Assembly (NCBI GenBank): GCA_937926215.1
Contig: CALEYA010000025.1
Coordinates: forward strand, 5,451 to 69,450
Reading direction: 5' to 3'
DNA from: an uncultured Croceitalea sp.
Lineage (GTDB): Bacteria; Bacteroidota; Bacteroidia; Flavobacteriales; Flavobacteriaceae
Length of the DNA stretch: 64,000 nt
The translations under genes were made by a program, and so were the position numbers. Below are positions 29,114 to 39,768 of the stretch, in pieces. The first letter of the stretch is position 1. Each line of letters starts with the position of its first letter. The notes under the pieces were generated by a model that was not told the DNA's origin, did not search any database, and saw only the letters and a list, made by a program, of their open reading frames with translations.

Positions 29114-30457
29114 CTAGTTATTTACCCTATACGTAATATTCCTATTGGTAATGGCCGTCCTCTTGGGAATCACAAAAGTAAAGCGAAGGTTATTCTGTAG
29201 TTCGGATACCGCCGTAAATCGAAACACATTACCCCCGATATCCGTACCAGCGTGCGTGGGGGTCTCATCGGTAAAATCGCCATCATTATCCGAGTCCACC
29301 AAAAGAAAAGGGCGATCAACTGCGGAAAATGGGGAAACCCCAGCAAGATCTACTTCCATATCCACCGTTCCTACATCCACTGTGTTTCTGGCCAGATTGG
29401 TCTCGCTTACCCTCCAAGTACGATTCAGTTGTCTCACATAGGTGGTATTTGTTATTGTAGCCGTGGACAAAGAACCATTATCGTCACCCCAAAACAGGTA
29501 TTCATTGTCGTCCAAGTCGGAAGGTGAAAATATCTTAATAATCCCGGTACCTTGTGCACTATCGTGAATATTGGAAACATCTACCCTACCTATGCCCGCA
29601 ACATCAAAATCATAGTCTCCAGCCGCAACATCATCCTCATTATAAACGTCATTGCCGGGTAAAGGCACGTTGAACTTTGCACTTAAGTAGTTGGTGACAA
29701 TGATACGCTGGGCATCATTTAGTGTGCCATCATAATAGATGACCTCCCCTAACTTCACCGTTTTGGTAACCCCTGTATTTATGGTATTTGCACCTAAAAG
29801 ATATTTTGCGGTTACGTTCCATGATGTAGTTCCGCTGCCCGATGCTACCAAAACCCCATTGCGGTATTGGTTCCTACCAGAACTTGCTACTTGGGTACTA
29901 AAAACATAGGGCGAACTCGAAGACCAACCGCTAGAACCTATGGAGGACCATCCACCCTGATAAGAACTTGTTTTAAAATTGGATGCGCTACCCTCTATGG
30001 TCATCCCGGTATTGTATGTAGTCCTATGGTTAAAAACGGGACAGTTGCTACAGAAACTTTGGTCATCCATAACAATGAATATGGTAAACTGACTTGATGG
30101 CGATAAGGCACGGTTGTTATAAGCCTGTAAAAAACGGCCACTTTTAAGATCTACGACCGACATGTTGTTCAAACCGGAATGTGAGGCAATAAACCAAGGC
30201 TCTTGATTGGCTCCTGCATCCCTGCCTGTGTAACCACTCTTATTGGTCCATCTATCTACTTGGGTGCCGCTTGTGATTAAACCAGATTCCGAGTTTCCTT
30301 CCCGCCTACCGTCCGCATCCAAATCCGTGGCGTCCAACCATAATTGTAACTGGTCCGCTCCGTTCGCATAAAAAACACCTCCAGGGCCATCTTGTGACAC
30401 CACCATTGGGGCAATTAGAAACCATAATACCAAAGCAAGGAAAACCTTCTTGTACAT
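29114..30457 (-). CDS. Secreted LamG/ConA-like-domain protein ending in an ITNRNITYRV motif
   Basis: Signal peptide; LQLWLDA, W.NKSG, GEVIYYD..L....IV.NYLSAKF; AGIGR / LFWGDD module. Confidence 0.65.
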   Translation of the reverse strand: MYKKVFLALVLWFLIAPMVVSQDGPGGVFYANGADQLQLWLDATDLDADGRREGNSESGLITSGTQVDRWTNKSGYTGRDAGANQEPWFIASHSGLNNMSVVDLKSGRFLQAYNNRALSPSSQFTIFIVMDDQSFCSNCPVFNHRTTYNTGMTIEGSASNFKTSSYQGGWSSIGSSGWSSSSPYVFSTQVASSGRNQYRNGVLVASGSGTTSWNVTAKYLLGANTINTGVTKTVKLGEVIYYDGTLNDAQRIIVTNYLSAKFNVPLPGNDVYNEDDVAAGDYDFDVAGIGRVDVSNIHDSAQGTGIIKIFSPSDLDDNEYLFWGDDNGSLSTATITNTTYVRQLNRTWRVSETNLARNTVDVGTVDMEVDLAGVSPFSAVDRPFLLVDSDNDGDFTDETPTHAGTDIGGNVFRFTAVSELQNNLRFTFVIPKRTAITNRNITYRVNN

Positions 30458-30725
30458 TTATATGTTTTTAGAATCAAATCATAGGCTATAGCGAGTTTTT
30501 TGTTATACAGGTTTATTGGTGGGCCCAAAGTAGGTATATGATGGGTAGAAAGAAAAAAAAAGATGTGTACGTATCTAATTTAGTAGTAAAAGTACTACAA
30601 TATGATGTCTTTTCCTACTGCTCAATTTTATAGTCAATATACACCCTTAATCGAATTTTATCCATAACATATACGCTATAAACAACAAGGCCGTTATATA
30701 TACTTAACCTTATACAAACCTTATT

Positions 30726-31433
30726 ATGGAAAACCAACAAATTCCAAACCTAAAAGTAGTTAGCCAATTGGATGAACAGACCCGCGTAGCGTTCTACAAA
30801 AAAACGTATGCGCATCTAGCCGGGGCAGTGTTACTGTTCGTTTTGGTGGAAACCCTATTTTTTCAAATACCTGCGGTCGTAAATTTTGCACTATCATTGA
30901 CCGGGGGTATTAGCTGGCTTTTGCTCCTTGGCGGTTTTATGCTCGTAACCAACTATGCAGAAAAATTGGCACTTAATAGTGATAGTGTACAAACGCATTA
31001 CGCCGGTTTGATTCTTTATGTTGTTGCAGAGGCCTTTATTTTTATTCCGTTAATCTTTATTGCCATGATGGCAGCAGATGGAGGGGCTTTTAACATTCTC
31101 TACCAAGCCGCAATAGTAACCCTATCCTTGTTCACCGGGCTTTCAGCCATTGTATTTATGACGAGAAAAGACTTTTCATTTTTAAAATCGGCCCTGACCA
31201 TCGGTTTTTTTATAGCCCTGGGGCTTATAGTTGCCGGAACCCTTTTCGGCTTTGATTTAGGATTGTGGTTTAGCGTAGGTATGGTGGTTTTGGCTTCAGG
31301 TTCCATCTTATATCAAACTTCCAACATGATCCACAAGTATCAAGAGCATCAGCATGTAGCGGCTTCCTTAGGCTTGTTCGCTTCTTTAATGCTATTGTTT
31401 TGGTATATTCTGAGCATCCTGTCCAATGATTAA
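30726..31433 (+). CDS. Bax inhibitor-1 / YccA family membrane protein
   Basis: About 7 TM segments; KDFSFL, ILYQTS, LFASLMLLFWYIL. Confidence 0.88.
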   Translation: MENQQIPNLKVVSQLDEQTRVAFYKKTYAHLAGAVLLFVLVETLFFQIPAVVNFALSLTGGISWLLLLGGFMLVTNYAEKLALNSDSVQTHYAGLILYVVAEAFIFIPLIFIAMMAADGGAFNILYQAAIVTLSLFTGLSAIVFMTRKDFSFLKSALTIGFFIALGLIVAGTLFGFDLGLWFSVGMVVLASGSILYQTSNMIHKYQEHQHVAASLGLFASLMLLFWYILSILSND

Positions 31434-31456
31434 GTATGGAGAAACTTTAGAAAACG

Positions 31457-31484
31457 GCCCGGTTATAGCAATCGGGCTTTTTTT
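31457..31484 (+). terminator. Terminator after the BI-1 gene
   Basis: GCCCGGTT/AATCGGGC plus T7. Confidence 0.75.
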
Positions 31485-31531
31485 ATGTCTTAATTTTTCT
31501 GATGTTTACATTCTGTAATCCTGTTATCGTA

Positions 31532-32257
31532 TTGGAAGAAACAAGAATCAATAAGTTTTTGAGTGAAGCAGGCTACTGTTCCAGACGGGCAGCGGACAAG
31601 CTAATAGAACAAGGCCGCGTAACCATTAACGGTGCCGTTCCCCTTATGGGAACAAAAATAAAGCAGGGGGATGTGGTAAAAGTCGATGGTGAACGTATTG
31701 GGCCATCCTTAGAAGAAGCCGTCTACCTAGCCTTCAATAAGCCCGTAGGCATTGTTTGTACCACGGATACCCGGGTAGAAAAAGACAATATCGTGGATTA
31801 CATTGGGTATCCCAAACGGATTTTTCCCGTTGGCCGCTTGGACAAACCTAGCGAAGGCTTGATTTTTATGACCAATGATGGCGATATCGTAAATAAAATC
31901 CTAAGGGCAAGGAACAACCACGAAAAGGAATATTTGGTTACCGTCAACAAACCCATCACCACGGATTTTCTTCATAAAATGGCCAATGGTGTCCCAATTT
32001 TGGATACCGTTACCCGCAAATGTAAAATAGAACAAACTGGGGACCGGCAGTTTAACATCATACTGACCCAAGGCCTTAACCGCCAGATAAGACGCATGTG
32101 TGAATACCTTGGTTACCGGGTTAGAAAGCTTAAACGCATACGTATAATGAACGTTAGCTTGGATGTGCCTGTGGGCAAGTGGCGCCATCTTACCCAAAAG
32201 GAACTATTGGAAATACAACAGCTGGTTTCCCGCTCTTCCAAAACATTTGATCAATAG
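31532..32257 (+). CDS. rluF: 23S rRNA pseudouridine synthase (RluF/RsuA family)
   Basis: S4 domain RINKFL; [24 protein letters not shown]; likely TTG start. Confidence 0.9.
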   Translation: MEETRINKFLSEAGYCSRRAADKLIEQGRVTINGAVPLMGTKIKQGDVVKVDGERIGPSLEEAVYLAFNKPVGIVCTTDTRVEKDNIVDYIGYPKRIFPVGRLDKPSEGLIFMTNDGDIVNKILRARNNHEKEYLVTVNKPITTDFLHKMANGVPILDTVTRKCKIEQTGDRQFNIILTQGLNRQIRRMCEYLGYRVRKLKRIRIMNVSLDVPVGKWRHLTQKELLEIQQLVSRSSKTFDQ

Positions 32258-32412
32258 ACCAACTGTACAGATTGGTCTATCAATTTCCTATTAATATCCG
32301 TCGAAATGCACATTTATGAAGTTAAAGTGCAAAACCTATGAAAAATTCATAAGTATTTTACGCACGATGCTTCTGATATTTGTGAGGTATTAACCCCGTA
32401 AATCTATATGCT

Positions 32413-33558
32413 ATGATTTTTTCACAAAAAAACGGATTGACATTTTTACTGTCCCTCTTTGTATGTTTCCTAAGTGTACATGCACAAGAAACAAAGAACG
32501 AAACCACAAAACGAATAGACGACTATCTAGAGCTTTTAAAATTGGGCTATTCTGAAGTGGAGATATTTCAGGATCTAGGTAATGTGAACTTTTTAACCGA
32601 AAATTACGAGGCTGCCGCATTCTGGTATGACAAATTGTTCGCCATAGTAGGTGCGGAATCCTTACCTGAAAGTTATAAGGAACGCTACGAGCATACTATG
32701 GCCAGTTTGAACAACTCCGGAAAAGCCTCTAAATCCGATAAAAACTGGGTAGCACAAATTAAAAAAGATTATCAGCTTGCCAAAGGTCAGTCTACGACCA
32801 TAGTATCCAACATTGAAGAAGCCTTTGGTGATAGTATGGACAAAACCGGTTTTAACCCTTCCATTGCGGTAACGGGTAACGGTAGGGTCGCCTTTTTTAG
32901 CCAGGCCGTCCAGAAAAAGCCATCCTATGGTATCTTTTCAAAAAAGGAAGTCGTCCATGAAATTTATAAAGCGGAACAGGTGAATGGAAAATGGATGAAT
33001 TTTGAAAAACTGGCCGTATGCCCAAGCCAATATTCCGCAAAGCACCCAACCGTATCAGTTGACGGAAAAAGGTTGTTCTTTGCCTCTAACATGCCCGGTT
33101 CTTACGGTCGTTACGATATTTATGTCTCAGAAATAAAACGCGACGGTAGTTTAGGAATTGCCAAGAACTTGGGTCCAAAAGTAAACACCAAAAAAGATGA
33201 CCTCTACCCTAGCCTTGCAGAAGGCGGCCTGCTGCTCTTTGCGTCCAACGGGAGAAAAGGATATGGCGGTCTAGATCTCTTTGCCGTGCAGGTAAGCAAT
33301 AATAAAATCAGTAAATCCATCAATCTAGGGAACAAAATCAATAGTGCCCATGATGATTATTCACTGGCCCTAATGCCGGAACAAGGTATGGGTTATGTCA
33401 TGTCCAACAGGGGCAAACGCAATGTCATAGGTCAATATGCCGTTACCTACGCCGCTAAAGACAATGATTGGCAGCTTGAAAAAGATGAAGATCAATTGAT
33501 GAAAGCCCTAATGGATGAAGAGGAAACGGGCTATTCCGCAACCTTGTTCGACAATTAA
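32413..33558 (+). CDS. TPR + PD40 beta-propeller protein (PorE-like N-terminal part, no OmpA_C domain)
   Basis: TPR (LGNVNFL.ENYEAAAFWY); PD40 repeats HPTVSVDGKRLFFASNMPGSYGRYDIY, NLGPKVNT, FASNGRKGYGGLDLF. Confidence 0.75.
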   Translation: MIFSQKNGLTFLLSLFVCFLSVHAQETKNETTKRIDDYLELLKLGYSEVEIFQDLGNVNFLTENYEAAAFWYDKLFAIVGAESLPESYKERYEHTMASLNNSGKASKSDKNWVAQIKKDYQLAKGQSTTIVSNIEEAFGDSMDKTGFNPSIAVTGNGRVAFFSQAVQKKPSYGIFSKKEVVHEIYKAEQVNGKWMNFEKLAVCPSQYSAKHPTVSVDGKRLFFASNMPGSYGRYDIYVSEIKRDGSLGIAKNLGPKVNTKKDDLYPSLAEGGLLLFASNGRKGYGGLDLFAVQVSNNKISKSINLGNKINSAHDDYSLALMPEQGMGYVMSNRGKRNVIGQYAVTYAAKDNDWQLEKDEDQLMKALMDEEETGYSATLFDN

Positions 33559-33631
33559 GCACCGTGCGTTGTCCATTACCGCTATACCCTAGCGGATTAG
33601 AATACCATTTTACCCCATAAACCCCAAAGAA

Positions 33632-35284
33632 ATGAATATTAATATACGTAACCCCCGCAAATTATGCCTGTTACTGCCCCTACTCCTACTGGGTTTAGGC
33701 ACTACCCATGATGCAATAGCGCAAGAAGAAGTACGTCAGTTTAACCTTAAAAGTCCTTTTCACAACCAGTTGTTTTTCAATCGTTTTTTGATCAATCCAA
33801 CCTATTCCTTGGTACGTGAGAACAAGTCATACCTTAATGTTCTAATGCGCAACCAGCATTCTGCCTTTGAGGACAACAACCAGAATTACTTTCTAGGTTT
33901 TAGCAATAAATTGGATGAAAATACGGCCCTAGGTTTAGGGGTTTACGGACGTTGGTCCGGGGTGGTACAAGAGTTTGGGTTCAATGCCAACTACGCAACT
34001 GCCGTACAACTAGGGGAGAAAAGTGCCCTTGCTTTTGGGGCCAACGTAAGTTATTTGAGCCAAGGCCTGGATAGAAGTAGGATCGTAGTGAACACCAATG
34101 ATCCTTTGCTAGAAAATGCAAGAAAGGAAAACAAGATTGCCATTGAACCTGGCTTGAATCTATCCCTAGGCAACTTTGACTTTGGGGTGCATTTTAAGGA
34201 ATTGGTTGCCTACAACCAGACTACTGATGAGATGATAACCAATTTCAATACCGATGCCTTGAACGCTACAGTGCAGTATTCGCATAAGTTCAAACATGCC
34301 GCTGGTATTTTTCAAGATGCCCGTGTAATGCCCTTGGTTCAGGTAGGTAAAAATAGGGAGAATGAAATGGCCTATACCGGTTCCATATTGCTGGATTTGC
34401 CTAAAGTAGGTTGGTTACAAACAACGTATGACGCTACCTATGGTTTTTCTTCCGGAATTGGTTTTAACCTGAACAAAAAATTGTCATTGGGCTACTTAAT
34501 GGAGAAAAACACCACCCAAAGTGGGGATAACTTGGGGTGGAACCACGAACTTTCGTTGGGGTATTCCTTTAATGATGGACTACGGGGCCTTGGGGTCGAT
34601 GTAAATATTGCAAGTTCAGATGATGCACGTGTGGACCAAATAGTACGGAATTACGAAGAGCAAATTTTAAACCTTAGGGAGCAAATGAAGGAAGAGCAAC
34701 AACTGTTGCCCAAGGATGAAGGTTCGTTGGCTTACCAAAACAGGCTGGTCTTAGATGAGCTTATCCTAAGACAGGATTCCATAGAACGGGCAAGGGACAG
34801 AATGTTCGAAAGACGTTTTGAGACCATGGTACGCCTGTTACGCCATGAGATAAAACAAGAAAAACCCGTAGTCCCCAAAGAGAAGATACGAAGGGGATAT
34901 AGTGAAACGGGAGTTGCTGCCAACACTAAAAAAACGGACAACAGAAGAAATTTTAAGGAGAACATCTTTGATGATGCACCTATAAAAGCAAAAAATCGGT
35001 CAGATGTCATAGGGGTTAAATCTGGTTATTATATGATTGCCAATGTTTTTAAGAACAAAAACTATCTAAAAACGTTCATAAAACACTTGGGGGAAAAGGG
35101 GTTGGAAGCCAAGCAATTTTATAATAAGGAGAATGGGTTATTTTACGTCTATCTGGCCGATTTTAATTCTAAGAGTGATGCGCAAATGGCATATGTAAGT
35201 GATTTGGAAGGAGCTTATGAAGAGGATAAATGGATTATGGAAGTCTATAATCCCGTAGCTACAGCAGACATTACCTTTGAATAA
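33632..35284 (+). CDS. PorP/SprF-family T9SS beta-barrel with C-terminal coiled coil and SPOR-like domain
   Basis: NRFLINP, RNQ, HELSLGY barrel end; C-terminal GYYMIANVFKNKNYL..F...L...G. Confidence 0.75.
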   Translation: MNINIRNPRKLCLLLPLLLLGLGTTHDAIAQEEVRQFNLKSPFHNQLFFNRFLINPTYSLVRENKSYLNVLMRNQHSAFEDNNQNYFLGFSNKLDENTALGLGVYGRWSGVVQEFGFNANYATAVQLGEKSALAFGANVSYLSQGLDRSRIVVNTNDPLLENARKENKIAIEPGLNLSLGNFDFGVHFKELVAYNQTTDEMITNFNTDALNATVQYSHKFKHAAGIFQDARVMPLVQVGKNRENEMAYTGSILLDLPKVGWLQTTYDATYGFSSGIGFNLNKKLSLGYLMEKNTTQSGDNLGWNHELSLGYSFNDGLRGLGVDVNIASSDDARVDQIVRNYEEQILNLREQMKEEQQLLPKDEGSLAYQNRLVLDELILRQDSIERARDRMFERRFETMVRLLRHEIKQEKPVVPKEKIRRGYSETGVAANTKKTDNRRNFKENIFDDAPIKAKNRSDVIGVKSGYYMIANVFKNKNYLKTFIKHLGEKGLEAKQFYNKENGLFYVYLADFNSKSDAQMAYVSDLEGAYEEDKWIMEVYNPVATADITFE

Positions 35285-35367
35285 TTTGAATAAGTACATA
35301 CCAAAAGCTTACGGAAATCGGGGTTGATTTTTGGGGTCATTCATGTAATGAACCGAATGCTTTTGAC

Positions 35368-35399
35368 AAGGGATTGATCTTAAAAAATCAATCCCTTTT
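35368..35399 (+). terminator. Terminator after the PorP-like gene
   Basis: 11-bp perfect stem AAGGGATTGAT/ATCAATCCCTT. Confidence 0.75.
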
Positions 35400-35839
35400 G
35401 TAGTTATTTAGTGGCGTATCTTCAAAAAACCCTTCCATTTGACGAAAATACCTACAATAATTTTTGATGTTTTACGAAAAAATCTATATTGCTTACTTAA
35501 GAAATAACCCAAATTATTTTTTAATCTTAAACCCCGATTTATGAAATCCTACTACACTACTCACAAAAAGAAATGCAAACCCAAAGAACTACTATTGATT
35601 ACTTCACTTTTTGGTTAGCGTTTTTGTAAACATCACATTTTATGGATAAGGAAGCATGCTATTGGAATGGTATGTTACTCCCTATACACTCTAGTTAAGG
35701 AATCCTTCTGACTTAGACATCGTATTTATATAATGTATTAAAAACTAATGCATTGTATTTAAATAACCAATGTTCTAATTTAAGATACCTATGGCTAATC
35801 ATTGCTGAAATTTTAACCCCAAGTATAACCCCAAATCTT

Positions 35840-36475
35840 ATGAACATGTTACACTCAAAACTGAATATTGTCGTCATTGACGGTATTCCACAAATGCATC
35901 AAACGTATCAAACGTACTTTTCCCATAGTAGGGATTACGAACTAAGGGCTTGCTATCTTTCCTTTCATGAGGCCATGAACAATTTTTCAAAGGATAAACC
36001 GAAAATTGTAATTTCAGAAACCTCGTTACAAGGAATCTCCGGCATTGACGGAATTGAACGTATAAAAAGAAAATCCCCTGACGTAAAGATCATTATGGTC
36101 AGTAATGTGACCAAGTTCCATACCATAAAAAAAGCCTTTAAGAAAGGGGCCAATGGGTATTTGACAAAGCCAGTGTCCAAACTGCGAATACTGCAGGCGC
36201 TTTCATCCGTTCAACAAGATGGTGCCGCACTTAGCCATGATGTTGCCCAAAAGGTGGTTTCCATGTTTAAAAAGACAACCTATGAATCCCTTTCTAAACG
36301 GGAAAACGAAATTGTAGAATACTTAGGCCAAGGTGCCACCTATAAAAGTATTGCCGAACGTCTTTTTGTGACCCCAAGTACGGTTAACTTCCACATCCAG
36401 AATATTTACCTAAAATTGAATGTGAACAACAAATCCGAAGCCTTGGAAAAACTGCGGATGCTTCAAGCATCCTAA
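35840..36475 (+). CDS. NarL/LuxR-family regulator with atypical receiver domain
   Basis: LSKRENEIVEYLGQGATYKSIAERLFVTPSTVNFHIQNIYLKL HTH; start refined to ATG 35840. Confidence 0.88.
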   Translation: MNMLHSKLNIVVIDGIPQMHQTYQTYFSHSRDYELRACYLSFHEAMNNFSKDKPKIVISETSLQGISGIDGIERIKRKSPDVKIIMVSNVTKFHTIKKAFKKGANGYLTKPVSKLRILQALSSVQQDGAALSHDVAQKVVSMFKKTTYESLSKRENEIVEYLGQGATYKSIAERLFVTPSTVNFHIQNIYLKLNVNNKSEALEKLRMLQAS

Positions 36476-36498
36476 AATGGGAAAACTACTGCTATGCC

Positions 36499-36527
36499 AA
36501 AAACCCGCAGCTTTCGTTGCGGGTTTT
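36499..36527 (+). terminator. Terminator hairpin, copy 1
   Basis: AAAACCCGCAGC-TTTC-GTTGCGGGTTTT. Confidence 0.75.
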
Positions 36528-36560
36528 CTATCGTTTTTCAATACAAAAGAATTGAATTTT

Positions 36561-37103
36561 CTAATTCTCAAATGCAACAGTTGCTTTGAACGCTTCTTTA
36601 CTTCGTTTCCCAGATGGGTATTCAAAAGTCCAGCATTCTTCAAGAACGGAACAGTAGTTCACCTTAATGCTTATTTTACCGTTCATCAGTTCCAAAATCT
36701 CCCTAGTTTCATCCGTCCAAGGCAAATACAACAGTTCCCGTTGCTCACCTACTTTAACAACCGTATTGCTCAATTGGTTTACCCTAATCTTGTCGTAACC
36801 CAACGTATTATCGGGTTTTATGGCATCTAACAAGGCTACATATTTGGTGACCGGTTCCCCTTGAAATTCCACCAATACTGAGGAAATTAAGGCAGGCCCC
36901 GTACCATTATTAAAAGCATTGATTCTAAAACCATCGGAGCTGTACCCTTCATTTATGGAAAAATACGGCCAGACCGTGGCTTTCTGTTGCGCCTTTAAAA
37001 GATTGGCTTCATAAATGGACACTACCAAGGCCATGACGCTAATAATCAATGCAGCGGCCGTTCCTATACTTTGAAAGAGTTCTCTGTTTACCTTGTTTTT
37101 CAA
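36561..37103 (-). CDS. Hypothetical protein with one N-terminal TM helix
   Basis: AALIISVMALVVSIYEA...WPY...NNGTGPALI...YCSVLEECW; probable TTG start at 37103. Confidence 0.7.
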   Translation of the reverse strand: MKNKVNRELFQSIGTAAALIISVMALVVSIYEANLLKAQQKATVWPYFSINEGYSSDGFRINAFNNGTGPALISSVLVEFQGEPVTKYVALLDAIKPDNTLGYDKIRVNQLSNTVVKVGEQRELLYLPWTDETREILELMNGKISIKVNYCSVLEECWTFEYPSGKRSKEAFKATVAFEN

Positions 37104-37128
37104 TACGTATTTTGGCCTAAAATAATTA

Positions 37129-37154
37129 AAAAACCCGCAACTTTCGCTGCGGGT
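37129..37154 (-). terminator. dnaK terminator, hairpin copy 2
   Basis: Minus strand CCCGCAGC-GAAA-GTTGCGGG followed by a U tract. Confidence 0.75.
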
Positions 37155-37183
37155 CATTTATTAAGCTGTATCGCTATCTATTT

Positions 37184-39097
37184 TTACTTTACTTCTTCAA
37201 AGTCTACATCTTCTACATTGTCACCTTCTGGTGCACCCGCTGTATCGCCTCCAGCGGCACCTTGGCTTGGGTCTCCTCCAGCCTGTTGGGCTTCCGCCTG
37301 GGCTTTGTACATTTCTTCAGAGGCTACTTTCCACGCTTCGTTTATTTTGTCCAAAGCAGGTGTAATCACCGCCAAATCTTTGGTTTCATATGCCTTTTTT
37401 AACTCTTCCAAAGCTTCTTCAATAGGCTTTTTCTTGTCATCGGACAGTTTATCCCCAAACTCCTTCAACTGCTTTTCGGTCTGGAAAATCATTCCGTCCG
37501 CCTCATTTAGCTTATCCGCAGTTTCCTTAGCCTGCTTATCCGCTTCAGCATTGGCTTCGGCTTCTGCTTTCATTTTTTGAATTTCTTCATCGGTAAGTCC
37601 AGAAGAAGCTTCAATACGGATGTCCTGCGTTTTATTGGTAGCTTTGTCCGTTGCGGAAACCTTGATAATTCCGTTAGCATCAATATCAAAGGTCACTTCA
37701 ATTTGCGGTGTTCCCCTTGGTGCAGGTGGAATACCATCCAAATGGAACCTTCCAATAGTCTTATTATCCGCCGCCATAGGACGCTCCCCTTGCAATACAT
37801 GGATTTCAACCGAAGGCTGATTGTCCGCCGCAGTTGAGAACACTTGCGATTTTTTGGTTGGGATCGTGGTATTGGATTCTATCAATTTGGTAGAAACGCC
37901 TCCCATAGTTTCAATACCTAAGGAAAGTGGCGTAACATCCAATAAGAGTACATCTTTCACATCACCCGTCAACACACCTCCTTGAATACCGGCACCAACA
38001 GCTACAACTTCATCTGGATTCACCCCTTTTGAAGGTTTCTTACCAAAGAATTTTTCAACAGCTTCCTGCACGGCAGGGATACGTGTGGAACCACCTACCA
38101 AAATAATTTCGTCAATATCACTCTTGGAGAGACCTGCTGCTTTCAATGCGGTTTCACAAGGCTCGATCGTTCTTTTTACCAAATCGGCAATCAATTGCTC
38201 AAACTTGGAACGGGTCAAGGTACGTACCAAGTGTTTTGGTCCGGACGCCGTTGCCGTTACATAAGGCAAATTGATTTCCGTCTGTGCGGATGAAGAAAGC
38301 TCAATTTTGGCTTTTTCGGCAGCTTCTCGTAAGCGTTGCAATGCCATAGCATCTTCACGCAAATCCATACTCTCATCATTTTTAAACTCTTCTGCCAACC
38401 AATCGATAATCTTTTGGTCCACATCGTCACCACCAAGGTGGGTGTCACCATCCGTAGACAATACTTCAAAAACACCATCACCAAGTTCTAAGATAGACAC
38501 ATCATGGGTACCACCACCAAAGTCAAATACCACGATTTTCTGGTCAGAATCCTTCTTGTCCAAACCATAGGCCAAAGAGGCCGCTGTTGGCTCGTTGATA
38601 ATTCGCTCTACGGTAAGGCCAGCTATTTCACCTGCCTCTTTGGTAGCCTGTCGTTGCGAATCATTAAAATAAGCAGGAACGGTAATTACGGCCCTACTTA
38701 CATCTTGACCTAGATAGTCCTCGGCCGTTTTCTTCATTTTCTGAAGAATCATGGCAGATAGTTCTTGAGGCGAATACATACGCCCGTCGATATCTACCCT
38801 AGGGGTATCGTTATCCCCTTTGACTACCTTATAAGGCACCCTTTTTACTTCTTTGGAAGATTCTGAGAACTTGTTTCCCATGAATCTTTTGATAGAATAA
38901 ATGGTTTTATGTGGATTGGTTACCGCCTGTCTTTTTGCAGGGTCGCCAACCTTAATTTCACCGCCTTCTACAAAAGCAATGACAGAAGGTGTCGTTCTTT
39001 TTCCTTCGGCATTTGGAATAACCACTGGTTCGTTACCTTCCATAACGGAAACGCAAGAGTTGGTAGTCCCTAAATCAATTCCAATTATTTTACTCAT
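37184..39097 (-). CDS. dnaK: Chaperone DnaK
   Basis: [36 protein letters not shown]. Confidence 0.99.
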   Translation of the reverse strand: MSKIIGIDLGTTNSCVSVMEGNEPVVIPNAEGKRTTPSVIAFVEGGEIKVGDPAKRQAVTNPHKTIYSIKRFMGNKFSESSKEVKRVPYKVVKGDNDTPRVDIDGRMYSPQELSAMILQKMKKTAEDYLGQDVSRAVITVPAYFNDSQRQATKEAGEIAGLTVERIINEPTAASLAYGLDKKDSDQKIVVFDFGGGTHDVSILELGDGVFEVLSTDGDTHLGGDDVDQKIIDWLAEEFKNDESMDLREDAMALQRLREAAEKAKIELSSSAQTEINLPYVTATASGPKHLVRTLTRSKFEQLIADLVKRTIEPCETALKAAGLSKSDIDEIILVGGSTRIPAVQEAVEKFFGKKPSKGVNPDEVVAVGAGIQGGVLTGDVKDVLLLDVTPLSLGIETMGGVSTKLIESNTTIPTKKSQVFSTAADNQPSVEIHVLQGERPMAADNKTIGRFHLDGIPPAPRGTPQIEVTFDIDANGIIKVSATDKATNKTQDIRIEASSGLTDEEIQKMKAEAEANAEADKQAKETADKLNEADGMIFQTEKQLKEFGDKLSDDKKKPIEEALEELKKAYETKDLAVITPALDKINEAWKVASEEMYKAQAEAQQAGGDPSQGAAGGDTAGAPEGDNVEDVDFEEVK

Positions 39098-39240
39098 GTC
39101 TATATTGTTAAGCTTTAAGTATTCTTTTTTACGCTAACAAACAGGACAATCATTATGCCATGACAAAAAAACTGACATGATGTCATTTTCTGTAATTATA
39201 AGACCCTTCTTATCTTCTAGTTTTGGCAAAAAACCTTCAC

Positions 39241-39642
39241 TTATCCGCCAATTGCGACATTGGAAATAGTGTCCAATGCAGCACTAACCTTTTCCAAAAC
39301 GGTACTCGCGGCTTCCCCAAGTTGATGTCTTTCCCTTAGATAATAGGGGTCGTTATAAATAACCTTTACTGTTTGGCCCTCTTCTACGACCAACATTTTT
39401 TGTGGTAGGTCAATCCCCGTAGTCTGGTTTTCTTTCATAAGAACAGTTCCCAACTTTGGGTTTCCAAACATCAGAATTCTGGTTTTAGGAAGTACCAATC
39501 CCACTTTTTCGGCATTTGCGCTATGATCCAATTCCAAAAGAAGTTTAAGGTTGGGGTTTTCATCAATTACTTTTTTAAGGGTATTGTACGTATCCACAAA
39601 GCTTTGGGTACTTGTTTTTGCTATAAGTCCGTTTGTTGTCAT
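39241..39642 (-). CDS. DUF302-domain protein
   Basis: LDHSANA...LMFGNPKLGT.LM.....GIDLPQKMLV...YNDP; start refined. Confidence 0.85.
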   Translation of the reverse strand: MTTNGLIAKTSTQSFVDTYNTLKKVIDENPNLKLLLELDHSANAEKVGLVLPKTRILMFGNPKLGTVLMKENQTTGIDLPQKMLVVEEGQTVKVIYNDPYYLRERHQLGEAASTVLEKVSAALDTISNVAIGG

Positions 39643-39768
39643 TGCTTTTTGTTTAATTGTTTTGAAATGGTCGAAAAGGGAACCCATACCTTGCGTTATT
39701 GTCTCGTTTCTTTTCTAACTATTCCTATGATATCAATTACCTTTATCCAAAAATAATTTGTTTCCCAA

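Noticed and set aside
35541-35618. 25-codon ORF upstream of the LuxR gene
   Set aside because: No signal peptide, biased codon cluster or coupled terminator; cannot be distinguished from chance.
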